DNA of 64,000 bases. It comes from an uncultured Candidatus Saccharibacteria bacterium. GTDB taxonomy: Bacteria > Patescibacteriota > Minisyncoccia > SW-4-49-11. The position numbers and the translations under genes are program-made. Below the pieces are notes generated by a model. It saw only the letters and a list, made by a program, of their open reading frames with translations. It ran no database searches and was not told the origin of the DNA. Below are positions 18,794-28,456 of the stretch, piece after piece. Location: contig CAZWIJ010000005.1 of NCBI GenBank assembly GCA_964633865.1, positions 6,453 to 70,452 on the forward strand, given 5' to 3'. Each line of letters begins with the position of its first letter. Position 1 is the first letter of the stretch.

Positions 18794-19696
18794 TTAACTA
18801 TATTGAATATAACTTTGATTAATAATTTTTACTACATATTCTAAATCTTCTATTGAATTTAAAATCAACTCTGTTTCTCCTATTCCATAAGAATCTGTAG
18901 TCTGATTTACCTGACACATATTTTTTGGGTCCTTAATTTGTTTAATATCTAAATTTATATGCACAACTATTCCATAAGTAGTTAGTTTAATTTGAGCAAT
19001 ATTTCTATTTGTTCTATAAAGTATGTACTCTTTTCTCGATATCTCTTCTATAGAATTTTCATTTGACAAAGACAGTATTGAAGATCTTAATTTCTGGAAA
19101 AGATCTACTATAACTGAGTCATATCCCTCAATATGTTTGTTTAGTGGATAAATATTATAAGGAACTTTAGTAAATTTACTTTTAGTATTATCTTCATTCT
19201 GAGCTTGGGAACTAGTAACTCTTGTAAATGAAATTATACTCCCTTCCTCGTAAAAATTATAAGACCATAATTCAATATTTTCTGACATTCTACTTATCGC
19301 ATAAAGATCATAATTACTAAAATTCTGAACAATCAATACCAATCTAGGTGTCCCAAAATTTATATTTAAATCAGTACCTAGCTTTTTCTTTGATAAAAGT
19401 CTAAATTCTTCTTGATTATCAACTAACCAATCTAAATAATATAGACCTTGATTCATAGTAACTGAGTCATCTCCACACTTATATTCTATAATAACTGGAC
19501 TACCATTTTCATCAATTCCTAAAGTATCAATTCTACCTCCCTGCTGAATTGAAGTAGAATAATCTGATTCTATAAAAACAATTCCTAATAATTCTTCCAA
19601 ATTGTTTTCCACGAAGCTTTGTAATCTCTTCTCATCTGAAAAATTACTTTTTTTTAGTTGCTTAGCTATTTCATTTTGTACTGTAAATATAGGCAT
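18794..19696 (-). CDS. PD-(D/E)xK nuclease-fold protein, NucS/EndoMS (DUF91)-like N-terminal domain plus unknown C-terminal domain
   Basis: GGRIDTLGIDENGSPVIIEYK...TMNQGLYYLDWL matches the NucS/DUF91 core (G.iDll..d.dG.lvviElKr...Q...Y) as I recall it. Confidence 0.45.
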   Translation of the reverse strand: MPIFTVQNEIAKQLKKSNFSDEKRLQSFVENNLEELLGIVFIESDYSTSIQQGGRIDTLGIDENGSPVIIEYKCGDDSVTMNQGLYYLDWLVDNQEEFRLLSKKKLGTDLNINFGTPRLVLIVQNFSNYDLYAISRMSENIELWSYNFYEEGSIISFTRVTSSQAQNEDNTKSKFTKVPYNIYPLNKHIEGYDSVIVDLFQKLRSSILSLSNENSIEEISRKEYILYRTNRNIAQIKLTTYGIVVHINLDIKQIKDPKNMCQVNQTTDSYGIGETELILNSIEDLEYVVKIINQSYIQYS

Positions 19697-19776
19697 ATCT
19701 TATCATTCGGTTATTTATTCTTACTTATTTATATAATACCTGAATATAAGAATTAAGTAAATATTTTTTTTAGATT

Positions 19777-20799
19777 TTAAAGTATATTACAAATTTGAAC
19801 CACATGTTTCATTAGCATAGATGTATAACTCCATTCATTATCATACCAAGCCATAACTTTTACCATATCTCTATCAACAACTTGAGTTAAATCTAGTGAA
19901 ACCAAAGAACCATATTCCATACCTAAGACATCACTTGAGACAATTTGATCTCTAGTTACCCCCAATATACCATGCCATCTAGAATTTTCAGCGGCTTCAG
20001 TTAATATCTGATTAATTTCTTCTACATTTGTATCTCTCCCAACTATCATAGTTAAATCAATTAAAGAACCTGAAATCACTGGAACTCTAATTGCGACACC
20101 ATCAAAAACAGAACCTAGCTCAGGAATTACTTGGGCAACAGCTTTAGCAGCTCCAGTACTAGAAGGGATTATATTTTGAGCTGCTGCTCTTCCTCTTCTT
20201 AAATCTTTTGTTGCCATACCATCTACTAATGATTGTGTTGAAGTATAAGCATGAACAGTTGATAACATTGCTTTCTTAATCCCTAATGTCTCATGAATAA
20301 CAGCTACTACCGGATTAGTTGCATTTGTAGTACAAGATGCATTAGAAGTAATATTATTATTCATTAAAATTTCTTCTCTCAATCCAGGTGTTGTTGTTGG
20401 AGTATCATCTTTTGCAGGGGCTGACATAACTACTCTTTTTGCTCCTGCATCTATATGAGCCTGAGCTGACTCTTTTGTTATAAAAAGTCCTGTTGATTCA
20501 ACAACAACATCTATAGCTAATTCTCCCCAAGGAAGATTTTTAGGGTCTCTTTCACAACATACCAATATTTCTCTATCCCCAACTCTCAAATAATTTTTAT
20601 CTTCTTTAACAAAAAATTCTACTTTTTTATCCAATCTTCCATAAACGGTATCGTACTTTAAAAGATATGCTAAATTTTCTAAATCTCCTAAATCATTTAT
20701 TGCAATTACTTCTAAATTATTTTTATAATTTTCTTGTAAAGATAATCTAAAAAAATCTCTACCTATTCTTCCAAATCCATTAATTGCTATTTTCTTCAT
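19777..20799 (-). CDS. gap: Glyceraldehyde-3-phosphate dehydrogenase
   Basis: NGFGRIGR NAD-binding motif and the SNASCTTN active-site Cys. 340 aa. Confidence 0.9.
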   Translation of the reverse strand: MKKIAINGFGRIGRDFFRLSLQENYKNNLEVIAINDLGDLENLAYLLKYDTVYGRLDKKVEFFVKEDKNYLRVGDREILVCCERDPKNLPWGELAIDVVVESTGLFITKESAQAHIDAGAKRVVMSAPAKDDTPTTTPGLREEILMNNNITSNASCTTNATNPVVAVIHETLGIKKAMLSTVHAYTSTQSLVDGMATKDLRRGRAAAQNIIPSSTGAAKAVAQVIPELGSVFDGVAIRVPVISGSLIDLTMIVGRDTNVEEINQILTEAAENSRWHGILGVTRDQIVSSDVLGMEYGSLVSLDLTQVVDRDMVKVMAWYDNEWSYTSMLMKHVVQICNIL

Positions 20800-20824
20800 A
20801 TATCAATTTATTAACCTAATATTA

Positions 20825-22660
20825 TTAATTTATATTATCTCCTTTTGGAATAGAATTTATAATATCCAAACTTGGATATTCAACTCTGTTCCAATTTAAC
20901 CCTAATCCTAAATAACTTTGAGGTGAAGAAAATGGTCTTTTCTTACCGTTTTCAACATAATAGACAGTAGTTTGGTCTGCTAAAATAGTACCCTCTCTTA
21001 TAGATACTTCCTCTCCATAAGGAAAAGAGTCTATCTTTGATTTATCCACTTTGACTAAGTCTTTCCAATTATACTGAGTTAAAAAGATATAAGGATTTGT
21101 TACTGGTCTCTTTTTACCACTATCTATTAAGAATGCTCCTGTTCCATCAGAATAAGCTAAAGTTCCATTTAAAACTTGATCTGATGATACAAGTAAATCT
21201 CCATTAGGATATGAATTAATTATATCATCAGGTATTCTCCAGATATTACTCCATTGATATCCCATACCTAAAAATACCTGAGGTGATGTAATTGGTCTTT
21301 TCAAACCATTTTCAACAACATACACAGTATTTGCATCAGATATAAGAGTTCCATCTTTAAGTTTTAATTCTGGACCTGATGGTATCTGATTAAAATTATC
21401 CTCTGCAACTAAAACTATATTTTCCCATTTAAAATTATGTGATAAAAATATTTCTGGAGATACAATTGGCATTTTAAATCCATTTTTCACTAAATGAACT
21501 CCTGTATTATTTGTTCTTATTAGCATTCCATTTGGATAATTTCTATTTTTAACAGCATTAGACATCTTTATTCTACCTGAATCATTATAAATATTTATTA
21601 AATTAATCGATTCTCTAGGTGTTAAATTCCCATAATAATCTCTCCAGTATGAAAGTGCTCCTGTAACTATTCCTGCTGACATAGAAGTACCAGATCTATA
21701 TTCTAGCTGATTATTGTTATTTGATCCTAAAATTAATTCTCCCGGAGATAGTATATCTTGTCCTTCTCCATAATTTGAAAAATTTGATCTATTTCCAACA
21801 GAATTATGAGATCCAACTCCTATAACCCAATTATTATCCCCATCATTATTAGCAGGAGAAACTTTTGTAGAATTTAAATTTTTAGATTCATTTCCAGTTG
21901 CAACAACTACAACAATACCTCTAGAGTTAGCTTCTTTTATAACTGGATTTAAAATATCAGTATAGCTAGTTACTAAACTAAGGTTTATAATATTAACATT
22001 TTGGTCAATAGCATACTGAATTCCTTTTATTAAATCAGATAATAAACCTGTTCCATTTGATGATAAAACCTTAACTGGAACCATCTCTACTTTATCATTA
22101 ATACCTGCAATACCAATACCATTATCTGATTCAGAAGCTATTATACTAGCTATAAATGTACCATGTCCATTATCATCATTTGCATTCTGACTACCATCTA
22201 TAATGTTTTTTGGATTTATTAATTTACCAGATAAGTCAGGTATATTACTAACTCCTGTGTCTATAACAGCTATTCTTGTTTTATTAGAATTTTTATTTTT
22301 AGGAGAATCTTTATAACCTATATCAATATTAGATGCACCTACAACATTATTTATATTCTGACCTGTATTTTCCAAATACCATTGATAATTATAATCTGGA
22401 TCATTAGATGCCAATTTCACAGTTTGATTTGAAATAATATCTTCTACACATTCATTATTAACAATATTATTTTTTTGACTAGAACTTATCTCTGACAAAG
22501 TATCAGTTAGCTCATCACCATATAATTTATTATTATCTGCTATTTTTACACAATCTTCTTTCCATTGTACTATATAATTATTATTTTCAGCATTTGTTGT
22601 TATACTTATTGACAAAAAACAAATCATTGTAAGTAGACTGATTTTTTTCAAATTATTCAT
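20825..22660 (-). CDS. Subtilisin-like serine protease (S8) with signal peptide and four C-terminal ~55-aa repeats
   Basis: Asp VIDTGV, His HGTFIASIIA and Ser GTSMSAGIVTG triad motifs. The C-terminal repeats have the pattern Y.VENGkKRPi.SPq.FLg.Gy.W, four times. Confidence 0.85.
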   Translation of the reverse strand: MNNLKKISLLTMICFLSISITTNAENNNYIVQWKEDCVKIADNNKLYGDELTDTLSEISSSQKNNIVNNECVEDIISNQTVKLASNDPDYNYQWYLENTGQNINNVVGASNIDIGYKDSPKNKNSNKTRIAVIDTGVSNIPDLSGKLINPKNIIDGSQNANDDNGHGTFIASIIASESDNGIGIAGINDKVEMVPVKVLSSNGTGLLSDLIKGIQYAIDQNVNIINLSLVTSYTDILNPVIKEANSRGIVVVVATGNESKNLNSTKVSPANNDGDNNWVIGVGSHNSVGNRSNFSNYGEGQDILSPGELILGSNNNNQLEYRSGTSMSAGIVTGALSYWRDYYGNLTPRESINLINIYNDSGRIKMSNAVKNRNYPNGMLIRTNNTGVHLVKNGFKMPIVSPEIFLSHNFKWENIVLVAEDNFNQIPSGPELKLKDGTLISDANTVYVVENGLKRPITSPQVFLGMGYQWSNIWRIPDDIINSYPNGDLLVSSDQVLNGTLAYSDGTGAFLIDSGKKRPVTNPYIFLTQYNWKDLVKVDKSKIDSFPYGEEVSIREGTILADQTTVYYVENGKKRPFSSPQSYLGLGLNWNRVEYPSLDIINSIPKGDNIN

Positions 22661-22859
22661 CTTGTTGAAATTGTTTATTTATAATATGAACTTTATTCTC
22701 TATTTCATTTAATTTTTCTTTACAAATTTGAGATAGAAAGGATGCTCTTTCAAACTTATCTATACTATTTTCCAAATCTAAATCTTCTTCATCAAAAGAA
22801 TTTGCTATTTCTTCTAATTCTTTGAATGCTTTTTTAAATGTTAATTTATCTTTACTCAT
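22653..22859 (-). CDS. xseB: Exodeoxyribonuclease VII small subunit
   Basis: A 68-aa helical protein. LTFKKAFKELEEIANSFDEEDLDLENSIDKFERASFLSQICKEKLNEIENKVHII matches the XseB pattern. It overlaps the downstream gene by 8 nt. Confidence 0.55.
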   Translation of the reverse strand: MSKDKLTFKKAFKELEEIANSFDEEDLDLENSIDKFERASFLSQICKEKLNEIENKVHIINKQFQQDE

Positions 22860-22936
22860 TTTAAATCTTATTTTTATAACTGCTTACTTATTAATAGTAT
22901 CTTATTTTCATTAGTTTTGCAAGAAATATTTTAAAT

Positions 22937-22980
22937 AAAAAAGTCTGTACTTTATTTAAAACAAGTAACAGACTTTTTAT
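22937..22980. terminator. Hairpin terminator (bidirectional) 3' of tRNA-Ile
   Basis: AAAAAGTCTGT ... ACAGACTTTTTATTT inverted repeat with flanking A/T tracts on both strands. Confidence 0.5.
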
Positions 22981-22983
22981 TTG

Positions 22984-23057
22984 TGCGCATGCCAAGACTC
23001 GAACTTGGGACCTCTACATTATCAGTGTAGCGCTCTAACCAGCTGAGCTACACGCGC
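22984..23057 (-). tRNA. tRNA-Ile (anticodon GAT)
   Basis: Cloverleaf read by hand: acceptor GCGCGTG/CATGCGC, D-arm GCTC..GAGC, anticodon stem CTACA/TGTAG with loop CTGATAA, T-loop TTCGAGT. No encoded CCA. Confidence 0.8.
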
Positions 23058-23230
23058 ATTTATTCAAATACAATATAATTTTATCATATTATATTTTTTT
23101 TGCAAGAAAATATATTGATAATCTATTATATATGTCCTTGGTAATTATGAAAATTATATTTATTGATATTTCACTACCTTTATGCTATTCTATAGTTAGT
23201 TCTTTAATATTTTGGAGAAAACCTTAATTA

Positions 23231-23536
23231 ATGGAAAATTTTAATATTTCCGACTATGTTACATTTGCTGGTATATTAGGGATAGCTGGTCTTATTTTTA
23301 CTCAGCTAAATCGAGTAGAGACCAATTTCAAATATGATTTGAATGAACTTAAGTCTGAATTAAAATCTAATATAAGTGAACTTAAATCTGAATTCAAATC
23401 GGACTTAAATGAAATAAAATTCAATTTAAATGAATTAAAAGAAGATGTGAAACAACTGCAAATATCTAATGCTGAAAAAGTAGGAATTGAAAAAGGTTAT
23501 GAAAAAGCTAAAATTGAAATGGCTGCATCCAAATAA
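23231..23536 (+). CDS. Small membrane-anchored coiled-coil protein with SELKS-type short repeats
   Basis: N-terminal hydrophobic segment, then ELKSELKSNISELKSEFKSDLNEIKFNLNELKEDVKQLQ. A terminator lies downstream. Confidence 0.3.
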   Translation: MENFNISDYVTFAGILGIAGLIFTQLNRVETNFKYDLNELKSELKSNISELKSEFKSDLNEIKFNLNELKEDVKQLQISNAEKVGIEKGYEKAKIEMAASK

Positions 23537-23571
23537 TCTTTCTTGTTCATATTCTAATAATTAAACACTTA

Positions 23572-23600
23572 TAGCACTTATATTCTAAGTGCTATTTTTT
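23572..23600 (+). terminator. Rho-independent terminator
   Basis: TAGCACTTA-tattc-TAAGTGCTA followed by TTTTTT. Confidence 0.6.
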
Positions 23601-23660
23601 ATGTTTGTCTAATCAACAAACATAACTATTTTAATAAAGAAAAAATCTACAAAGTAAACC

Positions 23661-24905
23661 TTATCTTAACTTATTTCTTATAAAAGCAGGTATATCCATA
23701 TCTTCTTCAGATTCAACTTCATCTATAAATCTTGTTTTTTTATCTTCTAAATCATTCTTCTTTTTCTCTTCTTCAGCCTTTCTTTCTGCAATAATTTTTT
23801 CAGCTTCTCTAAGTTTTCTTTCTCTCTCAGATTCTAACCTATCCTTAGCTTCTTTTTCTTCCTCTTCTTTAGATTTTTTAAAAATAACTTCTTTATCTTC
23901 TAATTCTTCTTCTCTAAATGCCTTCATTCTCTTTACCTCAAATTCTGCTGGTTGATCAAATCCCGTTGCAATTACAGTTACTTTTATCTCACCATCTTTC
24001 ATAGTATCAGACACAACAGCTCCGAATATAACTTTAGCATCAATATCAATAGATTCTGTAATTATACTAGCGGCATCATTAATCTCAGACATAGATAAGT
24101 CCTTACCCCCTGTTATATTAAATAATACTCCTTTTGCTCCTTGAATAGAAACATCTAGTAAGGGACTATTTATTGCCATTTTTGCCGCGTTAACTGCTCT
24201 ATCTTCTCCAGTAGCTGAACCAATTCCCATCAAAGCTGATCCTGCATTTCTCATAATTGCACTTACATCAGCAAAATCAACATTGATAAGTCCCGGAACA
24301 GTAATCAAATCAGAGATTCCTTGAACTCCTTGTCTCAAAACATCATCAATCAAAGAAAATGCTTCTGTAACTGGAGTATTTCGATCTATTATATTTAAAA
24401 TTTTATCATTTGGTATAGTGATAATTGTGTCTACATTCTTTTTTAATTCTTCAAAAGCTTGTTCTGCAATTTTTTTTCTTTGCATTCCTTCAAACATAAA
24501 AGGCTTTGTCACAACAGCAACAGTCAAAGCTCCACTTTCTCTTGCAGCTTGAGCTATAACTGGAGATGCTCCAGAACCAGTACCTCCACCAAGTCCACAA
24601 GTAATAAATACCATATGAGATCCTGTCACAGCCTGATATACTTCTTCCTTACTCTCTTCAGCTGATTTTTTACCAATATCTGGGTTCATTCCTGCTCCCA
24701 AACCTTTGGTAAGATTTTTTCCTAAATGAACTTTTAATTCTGCTTGTGAATGATGTAGATCTTGAGCATCTGTATTAACAGCAACAAAGTCTACACCTTG
24801 TATTCCTGTGTCTATCATTCTTTTTAAAGCATTTCCACCGGACCCCCCTACTCCGATAACTTTGATTTTTGCAAATGCTTCTATATCTGGATTAACTCTT
24901 GGCAT
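23661..24905 (-). CDS. ftsZ: Cell division GTPase FtsZ
   Basis: GVGGSGGNALKRM and the GGTGSGA tubulin signature. Acidic/Lys-rich C-terminal tail. Confidence 0.95.
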   Translation of the reverse strand: MPRVNPDIEAFAKIKVIGVGGSGGNALKRMIDTGIQGVDFVAVNTDAQDLHHSQAELKVHLGKNLTKGLGAGMNPDIGKKSAEESKEEVYQAVTGSHMVFITCGLGGGTGSGASPVIAQAARESGALTVAVVTKPFMFEGMQRKKIAEQAFEELKKNVDTIITIPNDKILNIIDRNTPVTEAFSLIDDVLRQGVQGISDLITVPGLINVDFADVSAIMRNAGSALMGIGSATGEDRAVNAAKMAINSPLLDVSIQGAKGVLFNITGGKDLSMSEINDAASIITESIDIDAKVIFGAVVSDTMKDGEIKVTVIATGFDQPAEFEVKRMKAFREEELEDKEVIFKKSKEEEEKEAKDRLESERERKLREAEKIIAERKAEEEKKKNDLEDKKTRFIDEVESEEDMDIPAFIRNKLR

Positions 24906-25121
24906 ATTGGTAATTAATAAATAAACTTCTTTAATATAAGTATATCCTAAATTAGAAAAAAGTCAAAAAATATATATTATCTAAATAACTTATACTTATT
25001 TTTTATCATATCTTTTAAGTTAAATTTTTGATTTTAAGTATTATTATACTTTTTAATCTAAATACAATATATTTACATATTGATTAAAACATTATATAAT
25101 ATTAATATTAGTCATAAGCAT

Positions 25122-25195
25122 GGGAGTATAGCTCAGTTGGCTAGAGCGCATCCTTGACGTGGATGAGGTCACAAGTTCGAGCCTTGTTATTCCCA
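25122..25195 (+). tRNA. tRNA-Val (anticodon GAC)
   Basis: Acceptor GGGAGTA/TATTCCC, anticodon stem CATCC/GGATG with loop TTGACGT, T-loop TTCGAGC, discriminator A. Confidence 0.8.
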
Positions 25196-25205
25196 CAAAA
25201 TTATA

Positions 25206-26651
25206 ATGAGATATAATCTTATTCAAACCAGCTTTATATTCCAAATATTCTTTTTAACTGGAATAGGAGTTGGTTCTTTTTATACTTTAGACAATAATAT
25301 CAATTTAATATTATTAATTATTTTAATAATGTTATTTTATTTTTGGAGAAATTTTAAGATATGGATTATATTAGTAAGTTTAATAGCTTTCTTATTAGGA
25401 GGTTATTATATCAATAATCATCTTACAAATTATACCTCTTTACAAAAAATTGTGATGAATGAAAATAAAACAAATTTTCAAGTTACAATAAAATCTTACC
25501 CAAAAAAATTTAATTTAGAATATCAATATAAAGTCCAAATACTAAATACAAAAACTTATATGCATATAAAACTCAATAATGGAGATTTTAAAATTGGGGA
25601 TATCTTAGATATAAAAGGTAAGATTGGAAAATTACCAAAGGAATCTACAAGAAAGTATCTTATTTCAAAAAATGTGCATAACTACTTCCAAATTGAATCT
25701 TATACAAAAGTAGCTTCCCAATGTAATTTAAATTGCCAGTTTATTAATCATATTTATGAATTTAAATCTAGAATTTTAAATATGTTAGATTTTGCTTACC
25801 CTGGTAAAGTGGGAGAATTTCTAAAAGGTATTTTAATTGGATATACCGATACTTTACCTGATAATATAAAAGATGAATTTAAAAAAACTGGAATATCACA
25901 TATTTTAGCTGTTTCTGGATATAATGTGTCTTTAATTGTAATTTTTGTTTATCAATTTCTACAAGATAGACAAATTCATAGAAATAAATCACTCCCAATA
26001 ACACTATTAATTATTTTAATTTTTACAATTCTAACTGGAGCGGAAGCATCTATTATAAGAGCGAGTGTTTTTGCTAGCATAATTCTAATAGCAGAATATA
26101 CTCAGAGATATGTCGGAGGGTTAAGACCCTTAATACTAACCGCCTTTCTTATGAATATCTTTTTCCCTGTTTATATAATATTTGATATTGGATTTCAATT
26201 ATCTTTTCTAGCTGTTATTGGGTTATTATTCTATTCAAACTTATTTACAACATTCTCTCAAGGACTTCCTTCACTAACTCTCAAAAATCTAATTGGAGAA
26301 ACTATTGCAGCTCAAATTATGGTATTACCTATATTAATTTATCATTTTCAAGAGATATCATTAATTTCCATAGTAGCAAATGCTTTTATTGTCCCTTTCA
26401 TACCTTTTTTTATGTTATATGGTTCAATTAGTAGTATCGTATATTCATTAATTTTTACAACCAAAATTATTACTTATCCTTTAGAAATATTAATTGAATT
26501 AATATTATGGTTAAATGCACAATTAGCAACTCTTCCCTATTCTACAATTACAGTACCTAAACCAAATATTTTATATCTTATAATTATATACTTTATTTTA
26601 TATTATATTGGATATATAATAAGAAAGATAAATAAATCTAAACTTACATGA
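25206..26651 (+). CDS. comEC: ComEC/Rec2 DNA-uptake channel, N-terminal and competence (membrane) domains
   Basis: Polytopic membrane protein with the competence-domain motif GISHILAVSGYNVSL. It ends 4 nt into the next ORF (ATGA overlap). Confidence 0.75.
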   Translation: MRYNLIQTSFIFQIFFLTGIGVGSFYTLDNNINLILLIILIMLFYFWRNFKIWIILVSLIAFLLGGYYINNHLTNYTSLQKIVMNENKTNFQVTIKSYPKKFNLEYQYKVQILNTKTYMHIKLNNGDFKIGDILDIKGKIGKLPKESTRKYLISKNVHNYFQIESYTKVASQCNLNCQFINHIYEFKSRILNMLDFAYPGKVGEFLKGILIGYTDTLPDNIKDEFKKTGISHILAVSGYNVSLIVIFVYQFLQDRQIHRNKSLPITLLIILIFTILTGAEASIIRASVFASIILIAEYTQRYVGGLRPLILTAFLMNIFFPVYIIFDIGFQLSFLAVIGLLFYSNLFTTFSQGLPSLTLKNLIGETIAAQIMVLPILIYHFQEISLISIVANAFIVPFIPFFMLYGSISSIVYSLIFTTKIITYPLEILIELILWLNAQLATLPYSTITVPKPNILYLIIIYFILYYIGYIIRKINKSKLT

Positions 26652-27466
26652 AAAAAATAATTTATCTTAATATATTATTATTTATAATTACATTTGGCTT
26701 ATTATTAGATAATAAAATTAATTATTCATCTACAATATCTTTTTTAAATATAGGACAAGGAGATTCTACACTTTTACAATCTAATTTAGGAGAACAAATA
26801 TTGATAGACTGTGGGCCACCCAATGGACCGATTTTAGATAGATTACAAACTAAATTAGGATATTTTGATAATAAAATTGATATTCTAATAATAACCCATG
26901 GAGATAATGACCATTACGGAGGTTGTAAAAAAGTACTTGATAATTATAATGTATCAAAAATTATGATTAATGGTATAATAGACACTCAAAACCAAGACTA
27001 TACTAATTTTATAAATGAAATAAAGAAAACAGAATCAGTTATTCCGGCTTTTACCAATACATTTATTACATTTAATGAATATGAAATTCAAATATTAAAC
27101 CCTGATCATACTTATTGGGGAGAAGAAGTTAAAGATGATAATGAACACTCTATAGTAATGAATATAAAATCTCCTTCAAAACAAATTTTATTAACTGGAG
27201 ATATACCATCATTTAAGGAACTTAATTTAATGAATCAATATCCCAATCTTAATCCAGATATATTAAAGATCTCTCACCATGGAAGTAAACACTCAACCTC
27301 AAAGTTATTTTTAGAAAAATTAGATCCAAAGCAAGCCATAATCTCAGCTGGAGAAAAAAACTCATTTAACCACCCTGATCCAAGTGTGATTGATAATTTA
27401 AATGAAAAAAATATTGAAATCTTAGAAACAAAAAATTATAATAATAGTATTGACATAACTTTGTAA
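26648..27466 (+). CDS. comEC: ComEC C-terminal metallo-beta-lactamase-fold domain encoded as a separate ORF
   Basis: N-terminal TM, then ISFLNIGQGDSTLLQ, HGDNDHYGG (HxHxDH-type) and ISHHGS. Confidence 0.75.
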   Translation: MKKIIYLNILLFIITFGLLLDNKINYSSTISFLNIGQGDSTLLQSNLGEQILIDCGPPNGPILDRLQTKLGYFDNKIDILIITHGDNDHYGGCKKVLDNYNVSKIMINGIIDTQNQDYTNFINEIKKTESVIPAFTNTFITFNEYEIQILNPDHTYWGEEVKDDNEHSIVMNIKSPSKQILLTGDIPSFKELNLMNQYPNLNPDILKISHHGSKHSTSKLFLEKLDPKQAIISAGEKNSFNHPDPSVIDNLNEKNIEILETKNYNNSIDITL

Positions 27467-27485
27467 ATAATTTCAATATAATCTA

Positions 27486-27514
27486 TTGACAAAACCTAAA
27501 AAATGTTATACAAT
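27486..27514 (+). promoter_or_regulatory. Sigma70-type promoter TTGACA-17-TACAAT
   Basis: TTGACA at 27486-27491 and TACAAT at 27509-27514, about 35 nt upstream of the ATG at 27550. Confidence 0.5.
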
Positions 27515-27549
27515 ACTAATAATTAACTATTAACTTATTTTTAATTTAT

Positions 27550-28380
27550 ATGACAGATAAAGAAATCAACCCAAATTTACTTACAGACACTAGAATTTAT
27601 AAAGAATTATATAAGTTAGGATTATCCAAAAAAGAAGCTGCTGTTTATGTAGCTTCACTACAATTAGGTACATCCACTATTCAAAATATAGCTACTGTGG
27701 CTGCTGTAAATAGAGCTACTACATATGTACTTATAGAAGCACTCGTAAAGAGAGGTTTAATGCACTCTGTAACCTACGGGAAGAAAAGATTTTTTACAGC
27801 TGAAGAACCAGATAAATTAGACTTTTTTATTCATGAAGATAAAGTTAAATTAGAGAAAAAAGAAGCCTTGATCAAAAGTATAATTCCTGAATTAGAAAAA
27901 ATATTTGATATTAATAAACTAGAAAATAAAACTAAAGTTAAGTTTTATGATAATGCTGAAAGAGGACCAGATATTATTTCAACTGATATTTTAAAGACAA
28001 CAGATGGAAATGAACTTTACACTTTCTATAATTATGATCTAATCCCACCTGAACTTAATTTTGATTTTGCAAAAGATTTGGTGAAAAAAAGAATCAGAAG
28101 AGATATAATAACATTTAGTAATTTTGTTTCAGAAAAAGGAAAAAGTGTTTTATCTAAAAATAAAAAATTAATTAAAGATTCTAAATCAGTTGTTAATTTT
28201 ATTGATAATGAAGATTTATTAAAAAACTATAAAATATTTTTAGCATCTATTGGTAAAAAATCTATTATAGTTTCATTAGAAAGTGAGTTTATGGGAATTA
28301 TAATAAATAGTAAGCCGGTCGCTCTAGCAGTAAAAGATCTTATTAATATGATGAATGATATTCAAAAATCTTCTAAATAA
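27550..28380 (+). CDS. TrmB-family-like HTH transcriptional regulator
   Basis: N-terminal YKELYKLGLSKKEAAVYVASLQLGTSTIQNIATVAAVNRATTYVLIEALVKRGLM matches the TrmB winged-helix pattern. Confidence 0.5.
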   Translation: MTDKEINPNLLTDTRIYKELYKLGLSKKEAAVYVASLQLGTSTIQNIATVAAVNRATTYVLIEALVKRGLMHSVTYGKKRFFTAEEPDKLDFFIHEDKVKLEKKEALIKSIIPELEKIFDINKLENKTKVKFYDNAERGPDIISTDILKTTDGNELYTFYNYDLIPPELNFDFAKDLVKKRIRRDIITFSNFVSEKGKSVLSKNKKLIKDSKSVVNFIDNEDLLKNYKIFLASIGKKSIIVSLESEFMGIIINSKPVALAVKDLINMMNDIQKSSK

Positions 28381-28405
28381 AATATCTCATCTTAGTTAAA
28401 AAATA

Positions 28406-28447
28406 ATAAAAAATGTAACTTTTATAAATTAGAGTTACATTTTTTAT
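28406..28447. terminator. Bidirectional hairpin terminator between convergent genes
   Basis: AATGTAACT ... AGTTACATT followed by TTTTTATTT, with an A-tract on the other side. Confidence 0.55.
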
Positions 28448-28456
28448 TTAATACTC

